A DNA stretch of 63,922 nucleotides, filler included, from Octopus bimaculoides (GCF_001194135.2; 7 parts of 7 records of this genome joined end to end with filler, not necessarily neighbours in it), one strand, 5' to 3'. Numbered from the whole stretch's first letter, positions 12,591-24,980 are shown. Program-made: numbers and translations. Notes: generated by a model from the sequence alone, not told the origin.

Positions 12591-14068
12591 CCATGTTTTT
12601 TCCAGGCTATGCTAATTAATAATGTGTCAAATGTGTCAATTAGCAGTGTTGTTAATAATTTTTTTCCTTACCTCAATGACGCCGGAGACATATATTAAAA
12701 GTCCCCTTATAGAACTGTATTATCACTTTCAAATTTGAGAAACAAACACTCATAACTATTTTTCTTTTAAGACTTCATTGAATGAGATTGATACCATGAA
12801 ATTCTTCGAATTGAGCTCTATCATTTAAGTTTAATTAAACTATAGTTTGTTTTTAAAATAACAAAAGTTGATTTTACTGAAATCCAATTTATTGCCTTAC
12901 TTATATATTTTTTCATGATATCTTACTTCAACTTTTTAATACAAATTTTTGATGCACGGCAACAAAACCATGAAATTCTTTATGTGTTCGTCTATCCTTC
13001 AATCTAAGATAAATATATTTTGATTTTGAAATAAACAAGTTATTTATATCTAAGCTTGATTGGTGGTGTTACTTACTCTCCTGTAATGTTGCTACAAATA
13101 TTCTGATGTAAACCTTTTTCTGCTGGATCAAATCTCAATTTTTTATGCCATAATATAGCCAGGGACCAGTCTTCTTCAAAAATGTTAGCAGTTTTTTATT
13201 TGGTTAAGAACCGAATTAGCGGTTCTTAAACAAATCTCTGAAAGATGCTGCATGTGAGTAAATTGCGGCCTTAAGAATATTATTCAACTACTACCGTAGT
13301 TGAATGTTATATGTCAAAGAACTCCGAAAGGGTAGATTACCGTAGAAAGGTCAAATCTTAAGTCCAGACTGAAAACGCAAACGTAGCAGAAAATTATAGC
13401 CCCCATTGCTTGTCTATACATTTTAAATATACAAGCTATCTCAATCGTTTCTTTCAAAATCATTGCAAGTATAAAAGTGGAGTGACTGAAGATCTGATAC
13501 ATGGAAAGAAAACACGCGGCGATGTGCTGAACAAGTTTTGATAAATAACGCGTCAGAAATCTTGAGTTATTATGGCTTTATAACTAAAAGCCATTTGATT
13601 CAATTTCCAAGTCATGGCCGCTGAAATCAATGTATTTGGCAAAAGAAAGAAAAAAAACTTATGGCAATCATTATACCTGGAACTGAAAGTAGAATGACTG
13701 TCTCCGTTATTATAACTATTTCAAAGAATATTATAATAATGCAGTCTGTTTGTGATCTTTTTGCAATAAATTCACTTACATGCCTTTTATAACAATCCTC
13801 TAGCTACGTTCTTACATCTAGAGAGGCGAGAGACACTAATATAGCCTATAATTTATCTGTGATTAATCTAAAGATTTATACTCGAAATATTTACAATGCT
13901 GAGAAACAGGTGCATTTTATTGCAGAATTTTCTACTGTTATCAGGATGGAATTAAGCCGAAAGGCATGCTTATATTTAGTAGGTGAGCGTGATAAACGCT
14001 TTTCCAAATCCCTTTCAATCAATTAACTTTCTCTCCCTCCATTCCACTGTGTGCGTGTGGGTGTGTAG

Positions 14069-14100
<32 letters not shown>

Positions 14101-14102
14101 AT

Positions 14103-14202
14103 NNNNNNNNNNNNNNNNNNNNNNNNNNNNNNNNNNNNNNNNNNNNTTAATTAATTAANNNNNNNNNNNNNNNNNNNNNNNNNNNNNNNNNNNNNNNNNN
14201 NN
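14103..14202. other. Artificial 100-bp scaffold spacer (44N-TTAATTAATTAA-44N); the 12-mer recurs at 17023, 44417, 48083, 55652 and 62864
   Basis: Identical 12-mer with stops in all six frames, embedded in fixed-length N runs. Confidence 0.95.
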
Positions 14203-14560
14203 TTTGATTTTACACTTTTACTAAAAGGAAGAATTACCCAGACATATTTATTAGGTTCTGGTTTAGAATGTTTTCCGGTATTGTTTATAAATAGTCTTAG
14301 TTTATTATTATCATTGAGACAAGGTTTTATTTGACGGTTATTTCCCTTATTTCGTGAAAGAATGTTAAGCTTGTTGCTATCGTTAGGTAATTTATGATTG
14401 AGGTTATCTTCATATTTATTGTTATTATTTAAATTAAAAACTGTATCATTATTACTATTGCTATTAAAATTATTATTATTATTACTACTCAGATCGGTTT
14501 CATAATTAGAATCTATATAATTAACCTTTTCTCTGTAATGATTCGCTAAGCCTCTTCGGA
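14203..14560 (-). mobile_element. Penelope-like element ORF fragment (RT to GIY-YIG linker)
   Basis: Open frame ...RRGLANHYREKVNYIDSN-(Asn-rich)-KPEPNKYVWVILPFSKSVKS resembles the PLE motif (I/V)WFNPPFSKSVKTN. Truncated by a gap. Confidence 0.6.
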
Positions 14561-15239
14561 GATTTACAAAATACAATACAAATATAAAATAAGAATAAAA
14601 TAAAAATGAAAATATGAAAATATAAGGCACATAAAAAAGGCTACAAAAAGTGTATAAAAGTATATATTGGAGTTATAAAAACTCCAATATACATGCCTAT
14701 GCATGTATACATTACCATACGCAGATATACATGGATACAAAAACATAGCTACATGAGTACATATATGTGTGCTCAGATGCACATACACAGATGGCTGCAC
14801 ATGCATACCAAAATAGTCAACAGGCACTGTCACCACATGTGAGGGTGACATACACATATACATCTATCCCCTCACACATACATATATATATGTATATATA
14901 AATATTCTCATACATACATGATCCCTAGTATGACCGTTATTCGTTGCGTTTGGAATGCTGTTTATTTGTTAAAATTTGTTGGGTACGTGCGTGTCAGTTC
15001 TGTATGCGGTGGAGGGGTCTATGTGGAAATTATTTCTTGAGGGGTTGTTGATACAATAATAATAATATGCCAACTTTTTAAACTTTGTGATGAGGTAGTC
15101 CGTTATTTTTTCCTATGGAGAAGATAAAGTCCTTCTAGTAGTAGGTATTAAGAATTCTACTGCTATTTGGGTAGGAATAATTTTTACTGCTAATTCCTCT
15201 CATCTAATTGTACATATATGTATATATATATATATATAT

Positions 15240-16326
15240 TGATACAACCGCCGATAAACAAAAATAACGTTATGTCCCTATTCCAGGAGCTAAGTTTGAA
15301 ACCATATTCTAGTTATTCAGGACAATGGTATTTCCTTTGTCCTGTCAACGAGCACGGTTATTTATGGCATAGGAATGTGATCTCTGACCCTTTCCGGTCA
15401 CCGAAAGTTTAAAAAAAGCAAATAGGAACTGTACTAAACTGACCCAGTTTTGGAGGGGAACGTAGCACTGTTGGGTACGGTATCTGTCATAGGTATCTGT
15501 CATAAATACGGGAGCATAGATTTGGAATCGCAGTTGGTGTACAAGCGGTCAGCCAGTGAAGAACAAGTGGAGTGACAGCAGTGGTCAGCCAGATGGACAG
15601 AGCGGTTGGTGATAGAGACTGACAGATAGAGATTGAGAGAGAGAGGCTGTTGATAGAGAGAGCCGATCAGCAAAATAGATAGAGCCAGTGACGGAGAGGG
15701 TTTAGCCCGTAAGAGAGGCAGATAGGGACTGAAGCAATCTGAGAGAGAGACAGAGAGATGGAACTGTTGTGGCAGGCAAAAGTGATGTAGTGGGCTGCGT
15801 TGGTCAGGAGAAATAATTTGTTGCGGTGAAGCTTTGTTTATATTTCTTTAAAGAAAATGTTATTGCGTTTGGTTATATGTTTTTGTGAAGAAAATAAAAA
15901 GAACTTTGCTAATTGTGATGTTAACTGGTTGAAAAGAAAGAAAAAGAACTTTTGTTAACTGTGTTAAAAGAGAGGAAAAGAAAAGAAAAACAAAAGAAGC
16001 AGAAGAACTTTTAATGACTCTTGATTGTAAACTTTATGATTATGTAATGATTGTAAACTTTGTAATGTTAAATGCTTGGAAACTATTGTTAAATGCTACA
16101 TGTGTTATTTCAAAAGCATGAATTATTGTAATGCAATGTTTTGTTTTGTTTTGAAAAAAAATTTAGTTTGACTACACAACGAATGGTCTGTGTTATTTCT
16201 CCTTTTCGTTGTCATCGTTACGTGCTCCGCCGGGGCTTATTGGCGAACATCCTGACTCACTGAGTGTTCATCGTCGCACGTGCAAATTTTCTCTTCATTG
16301 AGGTTTTCGCGCGGGCGTTCGTAACA
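15240..16326 (+). mobile_element. Solo LTR (Gypsy-like) inserted in an (AT)n tract
   Basis: TGATAC...GTAACA termini, 1087 bp, ATAT on both sides. A TATA-like CATAAATA (~15501) follows a 13-bp tandem GGTATCTGTCATA x2; AATAAA at ~15894. No internal gag/pol. Confidence 0.7.
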
Positions 16327-16407
16327 ATATNNNNNNNNNNNNNNNNNNNNNNNNNNNNNNNNNNNNNNNNNNNNNNNNNNATGTATGTATGTATGTATGT
16401 GTATATA

Positions 16408-16620
16408 TGTTTGTGTGTCTGTGTTTGTCCCCCCAACATCGCTTGACAACCGATGCTGGTGTGTTTACGTCCTTGTAACTTAGCAGTTCGGTAAAAAACC
16501 CCGATAGAATAAGTACTAGGCTTACAAAGAATAAGTCCTGGAGTTGATTTGCTCAACTAAAGGCGGCGCTTTAGCATGGCTGTGGTTAAATGACTGAAAC
16601 AAGTAAAAGAGTAAGAGTAT
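16408..16620 (+). mobile_element. SINE family A 3' half
   Basis: GTGTTTGTCCCCCCAACATCGCTTGACAACCGATGCTGG...ACAAGTAAAAGAGTAAGAGTA. Confidence 0.9.
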
Positions 16621-16646
16621 ATATACATGCATACATATTTTTATAC

Positions 16647-16978
16647 ATCATCATCATCATCGTCGTCGTTTAACGTCCGCTTCCCATGCTAGCATGGGTT
16701 GGACGATTTGACTGAGGACTGGTGAGACCAGATGGCTACACCAGACTCCAATCTGATTTGGCAGAGTTTCTACAGCTGGATGTCCTTCCTAATGCCAACC
16801 ACGCCGAGAGTGTAGTGGGTGCTTTTACGTGCCACCGGCACGAAGGCCAGTCAGGCGGTACTGGCAATGGCCACGCTCAAAATGGTGTATTTTACGTTCC
16901 ACCCGCACAAGAGCCACTCAAGGGGCACTGGCAACGATCTCACTCGAAAATCCTTACACATGCCACGGGCACAAGTGC
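16647..16978 (-). mobile_element. SINE family E (V-domain-like motif, (GAT)n tail, internal ~60-bp subrepeats)
   Basis: Minus strand reads TTAGGAAGGACATCCAGCTGTAGAAAC...CCAACCCATGCTAGCATGGGAAGCGGACGTTAAACGACGACGATGATGATG. The 5' part lies in a gap. Confidence 0.75.
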
Positions 16979-17124
16979 NNNNNNNNNNNNNNNNNNNNNN
17001 NNNNNNNNNNNNNNNNNNNNNNTTAATTAATTAANNNNNNNNNNNNNNNNNNNNNNNNNNNNNNNNNNNNNNNNNNNNATATATATATATATATACATAT
17101 ATGTACGTATGTGTATATATATAT

Positions 17125-17335
17125 AAGGCCAGCTGTCACAATAGTTAGCATGCCGAGCGAAATGCTTAGCACCATTTTGTCGATCTTTACATTCTGAGTT
17201 CGAATACCGCCGAGGTCAACTTTGCCTTTCATCCTTTCGGGGTTGAAAGATCAAGTACCAATGAAACACTAGCGTTGATGTCATTGACTAGCCCCACCCA
17301 CCACAAATTTCGGGCCTTGTATCTATAAATAGAAA
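17125..17335 (+). mobile_element. SINE family B
   Basis: CGAAATGCTTAGC...GAGTTCGAATACCGCCGAGGTCAACTTTGCCTTTCATCCTTTCGGGG. Confidence 0.9.
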
Positions 17336-17337
17336 AG

Positions 17338-17368
<31 letters not shown>

Positions 17369-17904
17369 TATGAAGGGTATTGGATTCAACCAAACCCAAA
17401 GATACATGTAATACCGAGTAAGTGCTGTATACCGGCTAGTTTTGCCCCTTTCGTTGTATAAACATGAGTGGGGATTATAACATAGNNNNNNNNNNNNNNN
17501 NNNNNNNNNNNNNNNNNNNNNNNNNNNNNNNNNNNNNNNNNNNNNNNNNNNNNNNNNNNNNNNNNNNNNNNNNNNNNNNNNNNNNNNNNNNNNNNNNNNN
17601 NNNNNNNNNNNNNNNNNNNNNNNNNNATATATATATATATATATATATACAGTATGTCTCTTTAGGACTAGCGGAGCATATCCCCGTCAAGTTTTAACCA
17701 TAGCCTATTTCTTCCTGCGTGGCGGACAAACAGACAGAATGAAAGAAGGAAAGATTTTACCTCAGCACAAGTACCTTATTCATCGATTCCAAGAAAAAAA
17801 TGAAGGGTAAAAGTTGGCCTCGGATATATTTGAACTTAGAGGGTTGAAACTGGAACAAGTAGCGACCCTATCAATTCAGCCAATGCACCGACTTGACTCT
17901 ACTG

Positions 17905-18440
17905 CAAAGGTAAAATTCCAACTTGATGTTATTTTACTGTGGTTGATCTACGTGTAAAGAGAAAGGATTCTAAATCGTAGACAGAGATGAAATTGTGATA
18001 GCTGAGTGAGAATGAGGTTAACAAGGTTTATGAAATTAGAGAGTGGTCTATCGATTTGAGAGCCAAAAATGGGTGGTGTACGTTGAAGTTACTGAGGATT
18101 AAGTCAATACAGGTCATGCGATAATCGAATAAATATTGGTGACTGGAGAAGTTCAGAGAGTGAGATAAATATCAGATGAACTTAGAGAAGTGGAAAAGAG
18201 AGAGGCTTTAAACGAGAGTAACTAGATCTTGTTAGTTAATGTGCAAGGAATAGAGATGAGTGATAGCGAGAAAGGATTTAAAGTAAATGCAAACGATACC
18301 ACCTTTCAGAAACAAGCTAGTATATAGAATAAAGCCTGGATATCAGAGATAGTAGAGATAAAGGTTGAGAGATTTTTGTCTATGAGAGGAATACACTATG
18401 TGGTTTATATGATATTATGAGGTTGTGAATAGGATCAATA
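17905..18440 (-). mobile_element. Degraded APE endonuclease of a CR1/L2/Jockey-group LINE
   Basis: YPGFILYTSLFLKGGIVCIYFK...LSLFHFSKFI*...HQYLFDY...LILSNFNVHHPFL. The last peptide is a GDFNVHH motif variant. Confidence 0.65.
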
Positions 18441-18789
18441 TTTTTCTGTGGTTCGCAAATATTGGTGTAAAGTGAGAATTGGCCAGCACATTGATTATCG
18501 ATTTATGTACATTCTTAGTGCGTATTTTATTCTTTATCAATCCTGGATAGATTGGCAGCAAAATAAAATAAGTACTAGTTGACGTACAATGATGAAATAA
18601 ATAACATTTTTGAGATGTTGTGTCCGGTGCTTCACTGCTTCTTGTTACTCCTCGTGCTCTGTGTTCTGGGGAAAATAATGGCTTTTTGCATTAATACAAA
18701 CCCAAACTCTTTGGAGTGGGATATAATTGATTTCACTATGATTGTCTTTACTGAGACAGCTTTGAAGTTGAAGGAACCGTAGCTTTACG

Positions 18790-18992
18790 TTTATGTATTT
18801 GCTTTGCAAGATTATTGATGTGAAATCGTGTGCGGAAACATATTGTTATATTTCGGGATGGTCATATCTTTTTGTCAAATAAGCACATACATTGTATCTA
18901 TATATATATACTCGTTCTTCACTTCAACTTTATTATTGTTCTTATTTTAGTGTCTTTTGACTTGAAATAATAATAAAGCTGAAGTGAAGAAC

Positions 18993-19034
<42 letters not shown>

Positions 19035-19200
19035 GCGCGCGCGTGTGCGTGCGTGTGTGTGTGTGCGTGCCTGTGTGTGTGTGCGTGTGTGTGTGTAATG
19101 TATGTGCTTATTTGACAAAGAGATATGACCATCCCGAAATATAACAATATCTGTTTCCACACGATTTCACATCAAGAATCTTGCAAAGCAAATGCATAAA
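18790..19200. mobile_element. 411-bp nested palindrome (foldback/MITE-like)
   Basis: Outer arms 18790-18893 / 19097-19200 (104 bp, roughly 94% complementary). Inner arms 18911-18937 / 18969-18995 (26 of 27 complementary). (TA)n on the left and (TG)n on the right separate inner from outer arms. Confidence 0.9.
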
Positions 19201-19202
19201 GT

Positions 19203-19390
19203 CGCAAGGCCTGAAATTTGGATGAGGGAGTGCTGATCGATTACATCGACTCCAGTACGCAACTGCATCGACCCCGAAAGGATGAAAATCAAAGTCAAAC
19301 TCGGTGAAATTTGAACTCACAAGACAAAAACGGACGCAATGCCATTAAGCATTTTGTGTGACGTGCAATCGATTCTACCAGCTCACCGTT
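19203..19390 (-). mobile_element. SINE family B
   Basis: ATCGACCCCGAAAGGATGAAA...ATTTGAACTC, the reverse of the family core. Confidence 0.85.
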
Positions 19391-19851
19391 TGTCTTTAAT
19401 AAATATAATGATTTCTTGCATTGTCACCAGATCATATATATCTGTTCGAGAGGATGCCAGGGTGATTTCAGTATAACAATGGTAGTTATTTTACTGAAAC
19501 TATCTCCCAAAGGGACAAAATTCAAGGATAGACAGAGAGACAGTTACTTCAAAGGTACTTATTTTATCGAGTCCAGAAAGATGCATGGTGAGGTCGGTTT
19601 TGTTGGAATTTGAACTTACAAAATACCTCTTGGCATTTTGGCCTATCGCATTCACCATTATACTGTCCATGACATTCTCTGTTAATGAATGTAAGGCAAA
19701 GTTGTTATCTACTCAATTGTACCAGTCAATTGACAGTTATTGCGAAACGAAGCAGCGGTGTACAACTAATAAGGTCCCCTATTAAATATTGTTGATTAAA
19801 CTACTTCCTACATCGTGTGTATGTGTACTTGCGTGTGTGTGCGTGTGTGTG

Positions 19852-19883
<32 letters not shown>

Positions 19884-20056
19884 CGTCTGCGTTTGTGCGC
19901 TTGGGCGTGTGGTTGTGTCAGCGTGTATCTGTGTGTCAGTGTTTCTATGTGCTATTGGTCGGTAGTGCTGGATTGCTCTGAGAGAAGTATATCAGTTGTG
20001 AATAATCTCCTCCCATAATCTCTCTCCCTCTCTCTTTCTCTCTCTCTCTCTCTCCC

Positions 20057-20114
<58 letters not shown>

Positions 20115-20531
20115 CCGCGCGCGCTCAAATTTTTTTGTTTTATCTCTGGTTCATTTATTCTATAACCTGCTGTACTCCGTCCCTCACTATCACGTTTCTT
20201 GCTCTCCCCTTCTCAGACTCACTCTCCCCTTCTCACACTCACTCTCTCCTCCTCACCGTCCAACTCCTTCCATGCCTCTTCTCATTTACTTTTATTCTCC
20301 ACTATCACTCTTTACACCTTCTCTTACTTTTATCTCCCTCCTACTTTCACTCCATCTTTCTCAATCTCTCTTTCTTTCCTACTATCTCACTCTTCATTTT
20401 GAAATATATATTCTCATTTCGATTCTTTCGCTCTCTCTCTCCCTCTTCCACTTTCTCTCTCTCTCTCTCTCTCTTCCTCTTTCTCTCTCTTTCTCTCTTT
20501 TATCTATCTATCTATCGTTTTATCTTTCTCC

Positions 20532-20566
<35 letters not shown>

Positions 20567-20683
20567 CTTATCTCTCTATCTATCTATTTATCTATCTATA
20601 TGCTCTTCTCTCCCTCATTAATTTCTCTTTATTTTACTCGATCTAATTGTCTATGGTTATCCTCTCTTTATACTCCCCAAACA

Positions 20684-20739
<56 letters not shown>

Positions 20740-20898
20740 CTATCTATTTATCTCTCTCTATCTTTCTCTCTCTCTCTCTTTCTCTCTCATCTCTTTTCTC
20801 TTCTTTCCTCCTACCGAACATATAGACACACACACACACACACACTCACACTTACGCGCGCGCGCACATATACATCAGCGTTTATCGGCAGCGATTAG

Positions 20899-20912
20899 GT
20901 TACCATAGCAAC
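20899..20912. promoter_or_regulatory. RFX X-box-like motif
   Basis: GTTACCATAGCAAC differs at one position from GTTRCCATGGYAAC and lies in non-repeat sequence. Motif match only. Confidence 0.4.
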
Positions 20913-21740
20913 ACTGACCGTCCAACATCTATCGATGTATTAAGTAAACACCCCGATTTTTAATACTTCATCGTCCAGACCAAGGAGATTCAANNNNNNN
21001 NNNNNNNNNNNNNNNNNNNNNNNNNNNNNNNNNNNNNNNNNNNNNNNNNNNNNNNNNNNNNNNNNNNNNNNNNNNNNNNNNNNNNNNNNNNNNNNNNNNN
21101 NNNNNNNNNNNNNNNNNNNNNNNNNNNNNNNNNNNNNNNNNNNNNNNNNNNNNNNNNNNNNNNNNNNNNNNNNNNNNNNNNNNNNNNNNNNNNNNNNNNN
21201 NNNNNNNNNNNNNNNNNNNNNNNNNNNNNNNNNNNNNNNNNNNNNNNNNNNNNNNNNNNNNNNNNNNNNNNNNNNNNNNNNNNNNNNNNNNNNNNNNNNN
21301 NNNNNNNNNNNNNNNNNNNNNNNNNNNNNNNNNNNNNNNNNNNNNNNNNNNNNNNNNNNNNNNNNNNNNNNNNNNNNNNNNNNNNNNNNNNNNNNNNNNN
21401 NNNNNNNNNNNNNNNNNNNNNNNNNNNNNNNNNNNNNNNNNNNNNNNNNNNNNNNNNNNNNNNNNNNNNNNNNNNNNNNNNNNNNNNNNNNNNNNNNNNN
21501 NNNNNNNNNNNNNNNNNNNNNNNNNNNNNNNNNNNNNNNNNNNNNNNNNNNNNNNNNNNNNNNNNNNNNNNNNNNNNNNNNNNNNNNNNNNNNNNNNNAT
21601 ATACACATACATACATATATATATGCATACATACATACACATATATACATATATATACTTATATATATATGTTTATATACACATACATATATATACATAT
21701 ATATATACACACATACATAGTGTGTGTGTATATATACATG

Positions 21741-21789
<49 letters not shown>

Positions 21790-22866
21790 GTATGTATGTA
21801 TGTATTTACGTACATATGTACGTATGTATGTATGTATGTACGTATGTATGCATGTATGTATGTATGTATGTATGTATGTATGTACGTATGTATGTACGCA
21901 TGTATGTATGTATGTATGTATATGAGTGCGTATACGTGGAGTTGGCACAGCTTTGCTATTGTGTATATTAAATGTACTCAAATTCCTTTATTATTCTGTT
22001 ATCATTACCGCGCCACAAGCAAAAACATTGTCGCTCCTCAGTATGCTAGAAGTAATGCAGAAAGCTACCTTAAAGCATAAGCTACCGTGACATGCGATCT
22101 TCTTGTAGCACATTAGCAGTCCACCTAGTGGCCTCCCTTATATATATGTTTTTACTATAGATAGGCTACATTAGATAATATATTCCGCGACACTCCGGAT
22201 CACCGTCAGGGCTACTGGAAAGGGGGACCGATGACTGTGTTGCTTAGATATCACAAGTGTGTGGGATCGAATAATATGCGAGCCCATTATTATTTATACT
22301 TTCCGAAATAGACTATGCCTGAAAAGATGGTTTAATAGTCATGCCTGGAAAGCTTTTCACCACTGGGACAAACTTTCCTTTTTTCACAGTTAGTCTTACG
22401 GTGAACTTGTATAATTTTTGCACCATTGCATAGTATAATCGGTATAAAAGAAGTAATATTAGTACCATCAAGACTTGGAACTGTGTTGTGTAATTACAGA
22501 CATTCAATCGTTAGCAATAGTAATGATTATCTGTGATACGCATTGTAGTAAAAAAATTGTTGTAGTTGTTTAGCGTGTATATAGACTAATTAATTGATCA
22601 GTTTTCGGGCATTATTACATTGATACCAATTGCAAAATTAAATAGTACTCTTTTACCTTTGTAGACACAGGACTGTAACCAAAAGGGATCTCCGCCTTGA
22701 AAATTTGGCCAAATTAATTCCAGAATTTATTTTAAGTCTGGTGCTTATTCTATCCACGATGCTAAGTTACGGGGCACAAAATTCCAAACTGGTTGTCAAG
22801 CGCTGAGAGACAAATACAAAAGCATGCATACAAATGCGCAATCAAACGTACACAGACACATACATG

Positions 22867-22900
<34 letters not shown>

Positions 22901-22920
22901 TGTGTGTGTGTATGTGTGTA

Positions 22921-22986
<66 letters not shown>

Positions 22987-23164
22987 AGTATGTATGCATG
23001 CATACAGACATACGGGCGTACCTTTATACATACATACATATATATACATGCATACCCACAAACATACATACATACGTACGTACGTACGTACGTACATGCA
23101 TACATACATATATACATACATACGTACGTACGTACATACATACATACATACATACATACATACA

Positions 23165-23195
<31 letters not shown>

Positions 23196-23364
23196 GGTGC
23201 CGTCAACATTGGAAGTTCGTTCTGAACGTCTTCCTCTAGAAATATGCCGACTTCTCCGGCCTAAATCGATAACTCGTTTATTTCTCCAATAATTAATGAG
23301 AGAAACATCTTTTACTCACCAACGTAGCGTTATCCTGGACAGATTTTAAAATATACATCTACAC

Positions 23365-24870
23365 CAAGTGGAATCTCGCTAACACGAACCCAAAACCTGG
23401 GCATCAATGGTCTCTCTATCTCCCCCATTCCACACAAAGAATGTTACAGATACCTAGGTATAGACGAAAATGTATCATATGAAGGCACTGTGAATAACGA
23501 TAGAGTGACCCGTGAATATTACACCAGAATTAGGAAATTAGGAATTCTCCTCTTACAACAAAACAATATCTTACAATGCATTTGTAGTAGCAATGCTGAA
23601 CCCAACATTTGGAATATTTGATTAGTCTGTAGAGAGAATCCACTCCATAGATATCAAAACCCGCAAAATCCTTACAATAACTGGGAACTTCCACAGAAAC
23701 AGTGATGTTGACGGGCTCTACCTAAGAAGAAACGAAGGTGGTAGAGGCCTGAGATCAGTGCAGACAGCCTTCGAATGTCATATGGTATCACTCAGGCAAC
23801 ACCTGCTAAACAACAGTAGCAAAAATAAATATATAAATGCAGTCCTGAAACGTGAAGTGAGCAGCATTTTGCGAGCTGGCAGTGAACTCCTGAAGAAGCA
23901 CTCTCTTCCTGATGATCTCTTACACGGCCCCAAAACGTCATACCTCAGAGAAGACCTGGATGGAAAGCACTCAGCATACACAAAAAATACTAAGCATGGG
24001 TATGTTGCCAGGCAGCTTGAAGACAGTAGAATTGACACGAAGCGCCTCTCTTGGACACAAGACCACTACATCACACTACACTTTGAAAGCTATGTGTTTG
24101 CAATCCAGGAACAGGAGGTTGCCACAAAATACCCGAACAAGAGAGACAGTGACGCTCTTGTAATCCCAAGGTGTAACCTCATGTGTAGGCTATGTCATGT
24201 TTATGTAGCAGACATCACGCATGTGATTAGCAGCTGTCCTAAAATGTCGTCACGGTACTACCTCCCCGTGCGGCACGATGTTGTTGCTAAAACAATTTAC
24301 AATGCCATCCGCAAAAAAGACTGTCCTGAAATAAACTTAGAAAATCCCTCTGTTATGGAATACATTAATAACCACCAACTCAAAGAATACTGGTAGAATA
24401 TTCCCATCAAAACGTCTGTCAAATGTAAACATAATAGGCCGGATATTGTTGTTTGGGACGGAGGGGCAAAGGTATGTACCATTATAGAGGTCAGCTGCCC
24501 TGCAGATATAAATATCTGTTTGAAAATCAAAGAAAACGAGGATATCTATGGACAACTGCTTCGAAACCTCCAGCTTCTATATCCAGATTATGAATTCATA
24601 TTCATACCAATAATAATTGGAGCACTAGGTTTTGTTAGTAAATGCTTAAAGGAGAAACTGGATAAACTGGGATTTTCCGAAAGAGAAATCGACCGGTTGA
24701 TTCGTACATTACAAGTGCAATCTGTGAGTAGAACTGTAAAAATATGCAAGACATTTCTCAAGTGCCAAATGTGAATCTGTCTGTGTTAACTACATCGCAA
24801 AGATGGAGCCATGTACCTTTGTTGGAAACCGGCTCCCTCCTCAGTGAAAGATTTATAATAATTAAAAAAT
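23365..24870 (+). mobile_element. 5'-truncated R4/Dong-clade non-LTR retrotransposon (RT end, CCHC knuckle, restriction-like endonuclease)
   Basis: YRYLGIDEN; HRNSDVDGLYLRRNEGGRGL; CRLCHVYVADITHVISSC (CCHC); RHD; NRPDIVVWD...IIEVSCP; GALG...TVKICKTFLKCQM*. One TAG (24394-24396) interrupts the 23758-24774 frame, with frameshifts further upstream. The 3' end abuts (TACA)n. Confidence 0.93.
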
Positions 24871-24980
24871 AGTAGAGACATACATACATACACACAAAGA
24901 TACATGTACACATACATACATACATACATACATACATACATACTTATATACATGCATACATACGTACATAGTCTCTGCAT

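Noticed and set aside
14147-14158. Six identical TTAATTAATTAA palindromes spaced through the window
   Set aside because: Each is flanked by runs of about 44 N (44+12+44 = 100 bp where counted) and has stops in all frames. It is an assembly spacer, not biology.
23193-23365. Possible twin-priming 5' inversion of the R4 element
   Set aside because: The minus-strand peptide (FRPEKSAYF...SNVDGT) overlaps in homology with the first plus-strand codons and is highly degraded. It is more likely an unrelated fragment.
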